Assembly: GCA_963674965.2 (NCBI GenBank)
Contig: CAXXFL010000007.1
Coordinates: 64,001 to 128,000 of the forward strand
Direction of reading: 5' to 3'
Source of the DNA: a bacterium
GTDB taxonomy: Bacteria > RBG-13-61-14 > DATKZS01
Length of the DNA: 64,000 nt
The position numbers and the translations under genes were made by a program. Below, in pieces: positions 32,077-41,444 of the stretch. How positions within the stretch are numbered: the stretch's first letter is position 1; the number at the start of each line of letters is the position of its first letter. The notes beneath the pieces were generated by a model, which saw nothing but the letters and a program-made list of their open reading frames with translations, was not told the origin of the DNA and did not search any database.

Positions 32077-32104
32077 TTGACATTGCCCCGAAAGGCACTA
32101 TACT
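32077..32104 (+). promoter_or_regulatory. Putative sigma70 promoter upstream of PEPCK
   Basis: TTGACA-N16-TATACT. Confidence 0.65.
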
Positions 32105-32227
32105 AGGAAAATAATGAAACTTGAAGGACTATATGCCGCGCTCGGGAAAAAGACCAGGAAGACGGGAAAGAAGACCGCCTCTCCCGGTGGAGCGCGGACC
32201 TAGGTCCATCGAAACGCCGAATCCGCC

Positions 32228-32257
32228 GGGCCGCCTTGAAAAGAGGCGGCCCTTTTT
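32228..32257 (+). terminator. Terminator-like hairpin inside the PEPCK 5' leader
   Basis: GGGCCGCC-N9-GGCGGCCC-TTTTT between promoter and start codon. Confidence 0.7.
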
Positions 32258-32346
32258 ATGGACCCATCCTGGAGTGGGACATGCTTTGCCGGTCCCGCGG
32301 TCGGTTATGGATCGGATCGGAAAAAATCATTGAACGGGAGGAGAAT

Positions 32347-34167
32347 ATGGACGCCCCCACCAAAAACGAGCGGCTCAAAAAATGGGTCAAGGAAATGGCC
32401 GAGATGTGCCGGCCCGACTCCATCCACTGGTGCGACGGCTCCCGCCAGGAGCTCGATCGGCTGAAAAAAGAGGCCTTCCAAACGGGCGAGCTTGTCGAGC
32501 TCGACCAGGACAAGCTTCCCGGCTGCGTATATCACCGCACGGCCCGGAACGACGTGGCCCGCACCGAGCACCTTACGTTCATCTGCACGGACAACGAGGA
32601 GGACGCCTCGCCGGTGAACAACTGGATGAGCAGAAAGGACGCCTACGCCGAGGCCACCGAGTATTTCCGGGACTCGATGAAGGGCCGGACCATGTACGTG
32701 GTCCCCTTCAGCATGGGGCCGGTCGGGTCCCCCTTCGCCAAGTATGGGATCGAGCTGACCGACAGCATATACGTGGTGCTGAACATGTCCATCATGACCG
32801 AGATGGGAACGAGGGTGATGGCGGCCATAGGCGAGGAGGGCGACTTCACCAAGTGCCTTCACGGCAAGGCCCAGCTCGACCTGGAGAAAAGACGGATCAT
32901 GCACTTCCCGGAGGATAACGCCATATGGAGCGTCAACTCCGGCTACGGCGGCAACGTGCTTTTGGGCAAGAAGTGCCTCGCCCTCCGGATCGCGAGCTGG
33001 ATCGGCAGGCAAGAGGGCTGGATGGCCGAGCACATGCTCATCCTGGGCATCGAGGAGCCGGGCGGCCACACCGAGTACATCGCGGCCGCCTTCCCCTCGG
33101 CCTGCGGCAAGACCAACCTGGCCATGCTCATTCCCCCGGAGGGACTGAGAAAAAAAGGATACAGAATCTGGACGGTGGGCGACGATATCGCCTGGCTCCG
33201 GGTGGGAAAAGACGGCAGGCTCTGGGCCGTCAACCCCGAGGCCGGCTGCTTCGGCGTGGCCCCCGGCACCAACTCGAAGACCAACCCCAACATGATGAAG
33301 GCCATCGTGAGCGACACCATATTCACCAACGTGGTGCTTCGCGGCGACAAGACCGTTTGGTGGGAAGGGCACGACGACCCTCCCCCCGTCAAGGCCGAGG
33401 ACTGGAAGGGCGACCCCTGGACGCCGGACATGAAGGACGATGGCGGCAAACCCATACCCGGCGCCAACGCCAACAGCCGGTTCACCGTGCCCATACGCAA
33501 CGTTCCCTCCGTGTCCAACCGACTGGACAAGCTGGAGGGCGTTCCCATCAGCGCCTTCCTTTTCGGGGGAAGACGGGCCAGCCTGGCGCCCCTGGTGTAC
33601 CAGGCCTTCAACTGGAACCACGGCGTGTTCGTGGCCTCCACCATGGCCAGCGAGGTCACGGCCGCCCAAACCCAGGGGATCGGGACCGTGAGAAGAGACC
33701 CCATGGCCATGAGGCCCTTCGTCGGATACAACATGGGAGACTACCTGCGCTTCTGGCTCGAGATGGGAAACCGCGTTCCCAATCCCCCTCCCATTTTCCA
33801 CGTCAACTGGTTCAGGCGGGACGAGGACGGGAAATACCTCTGGCCCGGCTTCGGAGAGAACCTCCGGGTCCTCGAGTGGGTACTGCAAAGGCGGAGGGGT
33901 GAAGTGCCGGCCGTGCAGACGCCCATCGGATACCTGCCCAACAAGGAAGACCTGGACATGACGGGCGTCGAGATAAGCCGGGAAACCATGGAGAAGCTGT
34001 TCTATATCGACCAGAACGCCTGGCTGGGAGAGTGCGACCAGATCGAGGAATTCTTCGACTCGATCGGAAAACGCATGCCCTCACGGCTCTACCGGGAACT
34101 GGACGATCTGAGGTACAGGCTGAAAAGGTGCTGCGGGCCGCAGGGAAAGATTTACGCCGCCTGGTAG
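32347..34167 (+). CDS. pckG: Phosphoenolpyruvate carboxykinase (GTP)
   Basis: DVARTE, SGYGGNVLLGKKC, AFPSACGKTNLAM, GDDIAW, RRDPMAM, WPGFGEN; start ATG 32347 after GGAGGAG. Confidence 0.96.
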   Translation: MDAPTKNERLKKWVKEMAEMCRPDSIHWCDGSRQELDRLKKEAFQTGELVELDQDKLPGCVYHRTARNDVARTEHLTFICTDNEEDASPVNNWMSRKDAYAEATEYFRDSMKGRTMYVVPFSMGPVGSPFAKYGIELTDSIYVVLNMSIMTEMGTRVMAAIGEEGDFTKCLHGKAQLDLEKRRIMHFPEDNAIWSVNSGYGGNVLLGKKCLALRIASWIGRQEGWMAEHMLILGIEEPGGHTEYIAAAFPSACGKTNLAMLIPPEGLRKKGYRIWTVGDDIAWLRVGKDGRLWAVNPEAGCFGVAPGTNSKTNPNMMKAIVSDTIFTNVVLRGDKTVWWEGHDDPPPVKAEDWKGDPWTPDMKDDGGKPIPGANANSRFTVPIRNVPSVSNRLDKLEGVPISAFLFGGRRASLAPLVYQAFNWNHGVFVASTMASEVTAAQTQGIGTVRRDPMAMRPFVGYNMGDYLRFWLEMGNRVPNPPPIFHVNWFRRDEDGKYLWPGFGENLRVLEWVLQRRRGEVPAVQTPIGYLPNKEDLDMTGVEISRETMEKLFYIDQNAWLGECDQIEEFFDSIGKRMPSRLYRELDDLRYRLKRCCGPQGKIYAAW

Positions 34168-34187
34168 AAAAGGGGAGAGAAAGAGAA

Positions 34188-34218
34188 GCGGGCGGTATTC
34201 TTGCCGTCCGTTTTTTTT
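34188..34218 (+). terminator. Intrinsic terminator after PEPCK
   Basis: GCGGGCGGTA-TTCT-TGCCGTCCG followed by T8. Confidence 0.7.
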
Positions 34219-34341
34219 GAGCGTCCGCGCTATTGTATACTGAAAGGGGAGGATCGGGCGCGCCGAACGAGTCGGCGACGCCGCGTTTCACGCCTCCATT
34301 TCGTCAAGCGGCCGGATAGATCGGGCCGGGGAGGATGGTCC

Positions 34342-37137
34342 ATGGACCCCGCGGAAAAGAAGAAAATGAATGGCCTCGAGGCCGAGCTGAGGGCGGCCCG
34401 GAAAAGGATATCCGAGTTGGAGAGGCGTTCCGCCAAGACGGCGTCGGAGAAATTCCTCGACGACGTGGCCAGTCTTTTCATGGAGATGTTCCGTTCCGGG
34501 CCCGAGGCCAAGTTCGCCGTCGAGGCGGCCACGGGCAAAATACTCGAGTGCAATCCAAACGCCCTCGAGCTTTTTGGGTACGAGCGGGGCGATCTGATCG
34601 GCAAACCCTTTTCCACCCTCGAGGCGCCGAACGCCGAAAGGGTACCCAAGGGAAAGTACGGCGCCACCTACGTGGCCGAGTCAAGACATCGGAAAAACTC
34701 GGGCGAGGTCTTTGCCGTTGAAATGACCGGGACCGAGTTCGCCTGGGAGGGACGCAAAATCAGGATCATCACGGTCCACCCCGTATCCGACCGGGACCAG
34801 GTGGAAAAAGCCCTGGAAAAGAGCGAGAAAAGATACAAGCTCCTGGCCCAGAACATAACCGACGTCATCTGGACCATGGACATGGACCTGAACTTCACCT
34901 ATATAAGTCCGTCCATCGAGCGACTCCTGGGATACGCGCCCGAGGAAATGATGACCATGGGGATCGAGCGCATCGTTCCTCCCGAGGACCTCGACCGCGC
35001 CCTCAAGCTGAGCGAGCTGGCCAAAGGGATCGACCTTAAAAGTATCCGGGAATACATCAACCCCATGACCCGGGAGGAAAGGCAGATCAGAAAGGACGGG
35101 GAGATCATCTGGGCCGAGGTGACCTCGACCGTTCTTTTCGACGAGAGGGGAGAACCGGAGGGCTTCATCGGCGTGTCCCGCGACGTCACCTCCCGCAAGG
35201 ACGCCGAGGAGGAGATAAAAGCCAGGGAAAAAATTTACCGGTTCCTGGCCGAGAACGTGACCGACGTGGTCTGGACGACGGACCTTGATTTCAACCTTAC
35301 CTATATCAGCCCCTCCCTGGAAAAGGTTCTCCAATACAAGCCCTCCGAGTTCGACTTCAATATCCTTATGAAAACCTTTGACAGGAAAGGCAGGGAGACG
35401 ATCGAGGGGCTGATGGAAGAGACCCGGAAAAAGCTGGCGGACCGGGAGGACTCGGGGAGGCGGGACCAGCCGGTCACCCTGGAGTTCCGTCAATTCCGCA
35501 AGGACGGCCATGAGGTTTGGTCCGAGGTCAAGACCTCCTGGATGTACGACAAGGACGACCATCCCGTCGGCTTCATCGGCGTGGTCAGGGACGTGACCGA
35601 GCGCAAGAAGGCCGAGGAGGCCCTTCGCCGCAGCGAGGAGAGGCTCCAACTCGCGCTTGACGCCACCAACGACGGACTTTGGGACTTCTATCTTAAAACG
35701 GGCGACTTCTACGTGAACCCCCGCTACTATACCATGCTCGAGTTCGAGCCTTACGAGATGGCCCCGTCGGTCAAGATGTGGATAGACCTGCTCCATCCCG
35801 ACGACAGGGATTACGTGGTCAACAAGCAGGTCGAGATGATACAAAAGAACCTTGAATCCTTCGAGGAGGAGTTCCGGCTCAGGACCAAGTCGGGCGGCTA
35901 TCGATGGATACTGTCCCGCGGCAAGGTGGTGGAAAGGGACAAGGACCAAAATCCCGCCCGCATTTTGGGCACTCACATCGACGTCACGGACAGGAAGGGC
36001 ATGGAAAGGGACCTGCTCGAGGTCAGAAAGCTCGAGTCCCTGGGCGTTTTGGCCGGAGGACTGGCCCACGACTTCAAGAACATCATCGCCTCGATCATGG
36101 GCAACCTGTCCATCGCCAAGTTCTGCTCCGTGCCGGACACGGAAATATTCGAGTATATCAACGAGGCCGAAACGGCCTGCACCAGGGCCCAGGAACTGAC
36201 CCAGCAACTGCTCACCTTCTCCAAGGGCGGAAGCCCGGCCATGAAGACAACCGACATCGCGCCCACGGTGAAGCAGTCGGCCCTGTTCGTGCTCCGAGGC
36301 ACCAACGTGGGATGCGAGATCATCCTTCCCCCCGGGCTCTGGCCTGTCAGGGCCGACGAGGGACAGATAAGCCAGGTGATCAACAACGTGGTCATCAACG
36401 CCGGACAGGCCATGCCCAAGGGCGGCACCATCAGGATCAGGGGTGAAAACGTGGTCCTGGGCGACAAGAACGAGACCGCGCTGCCCGCGGGAAAATACCT
36501 CCGCCTCGACGTGGTCGACTTTGGGAAAGGAATAGCGCCCGAGCACCTTCCCATGATCTTCGACCCCTACTTCACCACCAAGCCGAAAGGGACCGGTCTG
36601 GGTCTGGCCACCTCCTTTTCCATCATCAAGAAGCATGGGGGCGCCATCACGGTGGACTCGAAACCCGGCGTGGGCACGGCCTTCCATATTTACCTCCAGG
36701 CCTCAGAGGAGGAGCTTTCGAGCGACAGGATATGGCAGCAGGAGTACGTGAGGGGCACGGGCAAGGTCCTGATCATGGACGACGAGGAGATGCTGAGACG
36801 GACCGCCTCCCGCATGCTCCAGCTTCTGGGCTACACTCCCGAGGTGGCTGCCGACGGAGACGAGGCCATATTAAAGCACGGGCAGGCCCTGAAGGATAAA
36901 AAGCCCTACGACCTTATTATCATGGACCTGACCGTGCAGGGCGGCAAGGGCGGCAAGGAGGCCACGGAGGAACTATTGAACATAGACCCCTGGGCCAGGG
37001 TCATCGTGGCCAGCGCCTACGATGAAGACCCGGTCATGAGGGACCCCACCAAGTACGGCTTTATCAGCGCCATACCCAAGCCCTTTAAAATGGAGGAGAT
37101 CGGCCGCGCCCTGAACGAGGCCCTGAGCCGAAGCTGA
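34342..37137 (+). CDS. Cytoplasmic multi-PAS hybrid histidine kinase/response regulator
   Basis: Four PAS/PAC segments, H-box LAHDFKN, N/G boxes (DFGKGI, GTGLGL), C-terminal receiver (MDDE, DLIIMD, PKPF). Confidence 0.93.
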   Translation: MDPAEKKKMNGLEAELRAARKRISELERRSAKTASEKFLDDVASLFMEMFRSGPEAKFAVEAATGKILECNPNALELFGYERGDLIGKPFSTLEAPNAERVPKGKYGATYVAESRHRKNSGEVFAVEMTGTEFAWEGRKIRIITVHPVSDRDQVEKALEKSEKRYKLLAQNITDVIWTMDMDLNFTYISPSIERLLGYAPEEMMTMGIERIVPPEDLDRALKLSELAKGIDLKSIREYINPMTREERQIRKDGEIIWAEVTSTVLFDERGEPEGFIGVSRDVTSRKDAEEEIKAREKIYRFLAENVTDVVWTTDLDFNLTYISPSLEKVLQYKPSEFDFNILMKTFDRKGRETIEGLMEETRKKLADREDSGRRDQPVTLEFRQFRKDGHEVWSEVKTSWMYDKDDHPVGFIGVVRDVTERKKAEEALRRSEERLQLALDATNDGLWDFYLKTGDFYVNPRYYTMLEFEPYEMAPSVKMWIDLLHPDDRDYVVNKQVEMIQKNLESFEEEFRLRTKSGGYRWILSRGKVVERDKDQNPARILGTHIDVTDRKGMERDLLEVRKLESLGVLAGGLAHDFKNIIASIMGNLSIAKFCSVPDTEIFEYINEAETACTRAQELTQQLLTFSKGGSPAMKTTDIAPTVKQSALFVLRGTNVGCEIILPPGLWPVRADEGQISQVINNVVINAGQAMPKGGTIRIRGENVVLGDKNETALPAGKYLRLDVVDFGKGIAPEHLPMIFDPYFTTKPKGTGLGLATSFSIIKKHGGAITVDSKPGVGTAFHIYLQASEEELSSDRIWQQEYVRGTGKVLIMDDEEMLRRTASRMLQLLGYTPEVAADGDEAILKHGQALKDKKPYDLIIMDLTVQGGKGGKEATEELLNIDPWARVIVASAYDEDPVMRDPTKYGFISAIPKPFKMEEIGRALNEALSRS

Positions 37138-37138
37138 G

Positions 37139-38236
37139 CTATTCCTTGGAGTCTTCCTCAGCCGCCGGGACGGAGAAGGTCGCTCCCGTGGTCGGGCTCG
37201 TCATGTCCCGCGAGGGCTCGGAGAAAAGCCAGTTCACCCGGCCGGCCAGCCCGGCGCTCTCGATCCGTCTTCCGAATTTGTCTATCAACACAGCCTCTAT
37301 CCCATCGGTTTTCCGAATAAGCTCGAGCCCGTCCCTGGGGCCGAGCACGAACACGGCCGTGGCCATGGCGTCCGCCATCCAGGCTTCGTCGGCCACTATG
37401 GTCACGCTCGAGAGGGACGACGCGGGCCGTCCCGTCCTGGGGTCGATGATGTGGCAATAATACTTGCCGTCCACCACGATGAACTTCTCGTAGTCGCCCG
37501 AGGTCGCCACCGCCTTGTCGCTTATCGGCAGCCAGGCGACGCTGTCCTCCTCGCTCCGGGGGTGCTGGATACCTATCCGCCACGGCCTTGACCCATGGCC
37601 GCCGATGACCCGAAGGTCTCCCCCCGCGTTCACCGAGCCCATGGTCACGCCCCGGCTCTTGAGTTCCCCGATCGCCTCGTCCACGGCGTAGCCCTTGGCT
37701 ATGCCGCCCAGGTCAAGGCGAAGACCCGGCCTAGACAGCCTGGCCTTCCCCGCCGCGCGGTCTATCTCGACGCCGCGCCAGTCGATGAACTCGAGGGCCC
37801 CTGATATCTCCTCCTCCGAGGGCACGCGGGCCTCCTCTTGCTTAAAGGACCAAAGGCCGCGAAAGCCCGCGACCGTCGCGTCAAAGGCCCCGCCGCTTAT
37901 CTCGGAAATATGGCGGGCCTTGACAAGGACGTCGATGGTCTCGGGCGAGACCTCGATGGCGTCCCGCCCCGCCGAGTCGTTAAGCCTCTTCACGTCCGAG
38001 CCTTCCCGGTACGGACTCATGAGCGACTCGATCTTGGCGATCCTTCCGTAGGCCGCCTCGATGGATTGGCCAAGCTCTTTCTCGTCCTCCCCCAGGACGA
38101 CTATCTCGACGAAGGTCCCCATCAGCATCCGCCGGTCGGCTACGGTTTTAAGCCTGGGCCGGCAGGAAAAGGGCATGGTGCAAAAAAAGATGGAGACCAG
38201 GACCAGGGCGGCGAGGGGCCGATAATTCTTTATCAT
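37139..38236 (-). CDS. apbE: FAD:protein FMN transferase
   Basis: MGT, GAFDATV, DLGGIAKGYAVD, GGD, ATSGDYE, HIIDPRTG, ADAMATA. Confidence 0.93.
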   Translation of the reverse strand: MIKNYRPLAALVLVSIFFCTMPFSCRPRLKTVADRRMLMGTFVEIVVLGEDEKELGQSIEAAYGRIAKIESLMSPYREGSDVKRLNDSAGRDAIEVSPETIDVLVKARHISEISGGAFDATVAGFRGLWSFKQEEARVPSEEEISGALEFIDWRGVEIDRAAGKARLSRPGLRLDLGGIAKGYAVDEAIGELKSRGVTMGSVNAGGDLRVIGGHGSRPWRIGIQHPRSEEDSVAWLPISDKAVATSGDYEKFIVVDGKYYCHIIDPRTGRPASSLSSVTIVADEAWMADAMATAVFVLGPRDGLELIRKTDGIEAVLIDKFGRRIESAGLAGRVNWLFSEPSRDMTSPTTGATFSVPAAEEDSKE

Positions 38237-38367
38237 GTGTAACTAATCCTTCTTGGAGCGCACATGATAAATGTAACCCCATCATCCGGGCCGGACAAAC
38301 CGGGTCTTGGCGGACCGGCGCTTTATTTAGCTCCCCGGCCATGCTAACTTTTCCAGGGAGGTCCTAA

Positions 38368-39876
38368 ATGGCCAAAATAGTCCAGGAAATCGAAAGCTAC
38401 ATGAAAAGCGGCTACGTCCTTCTCCAGATCGTCACCTGGGAGGAGGAACGGGCGCTCGAAATGGTGGCCGAGGCGGCCAAGAGGCTGCAAAGGCCGGTCA
38501 GCCAGTGGTCGGCCGGGTCCGGCTTCGGCGACAACAACAAGACGGCGTCGGCCGATCCCATGGAGGGCCTGGTCCGCATGAGCGTGACCAAGGGACCGCG
38601 CGTTTTCGCGCTCCTGGATTTCCACGCCTGCCTCGAGCGGCCCGAGGTGGTAAGACGCCTTCGCGAGCTTTGTAGCCTGATGGAGGCCAAGGAGCAATGC
38701 GCCGTGATGATCGGACCGACCGCGGCGTTGCCCATGGAGCTCGAGAAAGACGCGGTCGTGCTGGACCTGGACCCGCCCTCCCCCGCCGAGCTTCTGGACA
38801 TACTCGACGAGTGCGTAACCCGCGCCGGCCACTCGGGAGAGTTAAAGAGCGCCAAGGACCTGCGCGAGGTGGTGGTGCGGGCGGCCCGGGGCCTGACCGC
38901 TCGCGAGGCCCGGCGGATGCTCACTCGCATCCTTTTAACCCACCCCGAGTTCGGGAGGGACCACGTAAGGGAAGTGCTCGAGGCCAAACGCCAGGCCCTC
39001 AGGCGCTCGGACATGCTCGAGTTTTACGACGCCCAGGAAACCCTGGACGACATGGGCGGGTTGGACCTCCTCAAGCAGTGGCTTATGAACCGGGCCCAGG
39101 CCTTCGGCGGAAGGGCCAGGGAGTACGGGCTGCCCGAGCCCAAGGGGCTCTTGCTCCTGGGCGTGCAGGGCTGCGGCAAGAGCCTCTCGGCCAAGGCCGT
39201 GAGCGGCCTGTGGGGCATTCCCCTCATCAGGCTCGATCTTTCCGCCGTGCTCGAGGCCGAGTCTCGGGGCGACCAGCTCCGCCGCTCTCTCCGCATGGCG
39301 GAGGGCCTGGCGCCGTGCGTCCTCTGGATCGACGAGATCGAGAAGGGCTTTAACGCCCACCAGGTCTCGGGCATGGCCGAGGAGGGAAGGATGGCCCGGG
39401 CCTTCGCCACCTTCCTGACATGGCTCCAGGAAAAAAGGAGCCCCGTCTACGTCATCGCCAGCGCCAACTCGATCTCCGAGCTTCCGCCCGAGCTGGTGCG
39501 GAAGGGAAGGTTCGACGACATCTTCTTCGTGGACCTTCCCCGCGACAACGAGCGTCGGGAAATTTTCCGCATCCATCTGATCAAAAGGAACAGGGACCCG
39601 GAGGACTTCGACCTCACCCTCCTGGCCGGGGCCGCCGAGGGCTTCTCCGGGTCGGAGATCGAGCAGGCCGTCATCTCCGCCATGTACGACGCCTTCACCG
39701 CCGGCCGTGAGATCGAGACAAAGGACATAGCCAAGGCCCTCCAGGAGACGGTCCCCCTCCTCGAGACCATGGAGGAACAGATCAAGCAACTTAGGGACTG
39801 GGCCAAAACCAGGGCCCGACCCGCCTCCCTCGACACCAAGCTGATGGACCTTCTCCACGGGGCCAAGGAGGAGTGA
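38368..39876 (+). CDS. AAA+ ATPase, Ycf46-like
   Basis: GGLDLLKQWL, Walker A GVQGCGKS, Walker B WIDEIEKG, LPPELVRKGRFDDIFFVDLP. Confidence 0.9.
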   Translation: MAKIVQEIESYMKSGYVLLQIVTWEEERALEMVAEAAKRLQRPVSQWSAGSGFGDNNKTASADPMEGLVRMSVTKGPRVFALLDFHACLERPEVVRRLRELCSLMEAKEQCAVMIGPTAALPMELEKDAVVLDLDPPSPAELLDILDECVTRAGHSGELKSAKDLREVVVRAARGLTAREARRMLTRILLTHPEFGRDHVREVLEAKRQALRRSDMLEFYDAQETLDDMGGLDLLKQWLMNRAQAFGGRAREYGLPEPKGLLLLGVQGCGKSLSAKAVSGLWGIPLIRLDLSAVLEAESRGDQLRRSLRMAEGLAPCVLWIDEIEKGFNAHQVSGMAEEGRMARAFATFLTWLQEKRSPVYVIASANSISELPPELVRKGRFDDIFFVDLPRDNERREIFRIHLIKRNRDPEDFDLTLLAGAAEGFSGSEIEQAVISAMYDAFTAGREIETKDIAKALQETVPLLETMEEQIKQLRDWAKTRARPASLDTKLMDLLHGAKEE

Positions 39877-40154
39877 ATGGCGGCGGTTCAATTGCGATAT
39901 ATGTTGCAAATGGAATGAAAATATTGGCATAGCCTAATTAGGTCGAAACAATTGTCAAAACGAAATGAAAGAATATCCCGCGCCCGGTTTTGAATAGAGC
40001 GATGCTCAGCCGCGGCTACGCCACCCGTCGGGAATCTCAAGCGTGGTTTAATAGACCGTCTTCACTTTCGCCGTGATCGGCTCCAAATCGCCCAACTAAC
40101 CATCCCGCTTCGCGAGACCCGCTAGGTTCCGGGGTAACGGACGGGACGTCCGGT

Positions 40155-41423
40155 TCAATCGAAAATACCGTGTTCGCGCTCGATCTTGTCCAGGACCGAC
40201 TCGAGGCGTTTGGCGAGGGTGGCCCAGTTGAAGGTCTGGATGAACTCCTCGTTCGGCTCGGACGGAAGTGAGCCGGCGAGCCACTGGTCGAGGAAGGAGC
40301 TGAGGCCGGTGAGGTCGCCTCTTTCCATGGGCCGGCCCAGGCCGCTTTGCTCGGCAGCGGCGGCTATCATGCTTTTCTTCGGGCCGTAGACCAGCATGGG
40401 CTTTCGGGCGCGCATGTAGTCGAAGAGCTTCAAGTTGTGATACCGCTCCCGGCCGGGGGCGTCGTCCACCATCATCAGGCAAAGGCTCGCCCTTTCCAAC
40501 TCGGCCAGGGCCTCGGCGTAAGGCATAAAGCCGGTGAAGACCAGGTTCAGGCGCTCGTATTCGAGGCCCCTTATAACGCGCTCGAGTTCCGGCGCGGTCT
40601 TGCCGATGAACTTGAGCGTTATGGTCACTCCCCTTCGCCCGGCCGCCTCGTCCATGGCGGCGAAGAGCTCGGGGGGCAAAAGGGACGGGTGGTCCACGCT
40701 GCCCAGGTTGACGATGAGGTGCTCCTCGACCTCGCCCGAGCCGACGCCCTTATAATCGTCGTCGTCAAAGCCGTTGGGGATGACCTCGATCCTGGCCGGG
40801 TCCGCCCCCAGCCGCTCGATGAACTCCCGCTTGAAGCCCTCGGTGTTGGCGATGACCGCGTCGGCGTAGGTCAGGAGCTTTCTTTCGAGCCAGGCCTCGA
40901 GGTCGCGCTTGGCCTCGCGGGCGACCGATCCCTTGACGCTGGCCTCCTTGTCCGGGTGAAAGGACCACTCGTCGCGGTAGTCCAAGACGAGGGGAACGCC
41001 CGTTAACCTCTTGACAAAGGCCCCCACCAAAAAGGACGAGAACTCCGGGGCCGAGCACAATATCGCGGAGGGCTTGTATTCTCTCGCCGCGGCCAGGGCG
41101 GGAAGCGCGGCCATGGCGGCCCATAAGACCGACACGTTGGGAACGAGAGGCACGTTAATGAGCCGCCTGAACGTAAGCATCCAGGGCCAGTCCTTGCCGG
41201 GAGGCGGCACGGGCTCGAGGCTCCGCGTCCGTATCACCGGGGTCTCGGGAGGGACTTCATGAGCCAGGCTAGAGTCGATAAGAGGATTGATAACCCGAGG
41301 CGCCGTGACCACCAGACAGGGCCGGCCCAGGCGTCCCAGGTGCCTTACCATCTTGACCACCCGCCGGGAGGCCGCTCCTCCAAAGGGCGGGAAGGCGTAG
41401 TTGACGATCATGACCGGCCTCAT
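40155..41423 (-). CDS. Glycosyltransferase family 4 (GT-B)
   Basis: YAFPPFGG, DYRDEW, VIPNGFD, KLFDYM...PML. Confidence 0.85.
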   Translation of the reverse strand: MRPVMIVNYAFPPFGGAASRRVVKMVRHLGRLGRPCLVVTAPRVINPLIDSSLAHEVPPETPVIRTRSLEPVPPPGKDWPWMLTFRRLINVPLVPNVSVLWAAMAALPALAAAREYKPSAILCSAPEFSSFLVGAFVKRLTGVPLVLDYRDEWSFHPDKEASVKGSVAREAKRDLEAWLERKLLTYADAVIANTEGFKREFIERLGADPARIEVIPNGFDDDDYKGVGSGEVEEHLIVNLGSVDHPSLLPPELFAAMDEAAGRRGVTITLKFIGKTAPELERVIRGLEYERLNLVFTGFMPYAEALAELERASLCLMMVDDAPGRERYHNLKLFDYMRARKPMLVYGPKKSMIAAAAEQSGLGRPMERGDLTGLSSFLDQWLAGSLPSEPNEEFIQTFNWATLAKRLESVLDKIEREHGIFD

Positions 41424-41444
41424 GGCGCCCTCCCCCGCCCTCTT

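Noticed and set aside
32130-32235. ZMP/ZTP (pfl) riboswitch resemblance in the PEPCK leader (GGAGCG...GCCG..CCGCC.GGGC)
   Set aside because: The conserved 5' GACUGGCG segment needed for the pseudoknot is absent; kept only as an unassigned leader.
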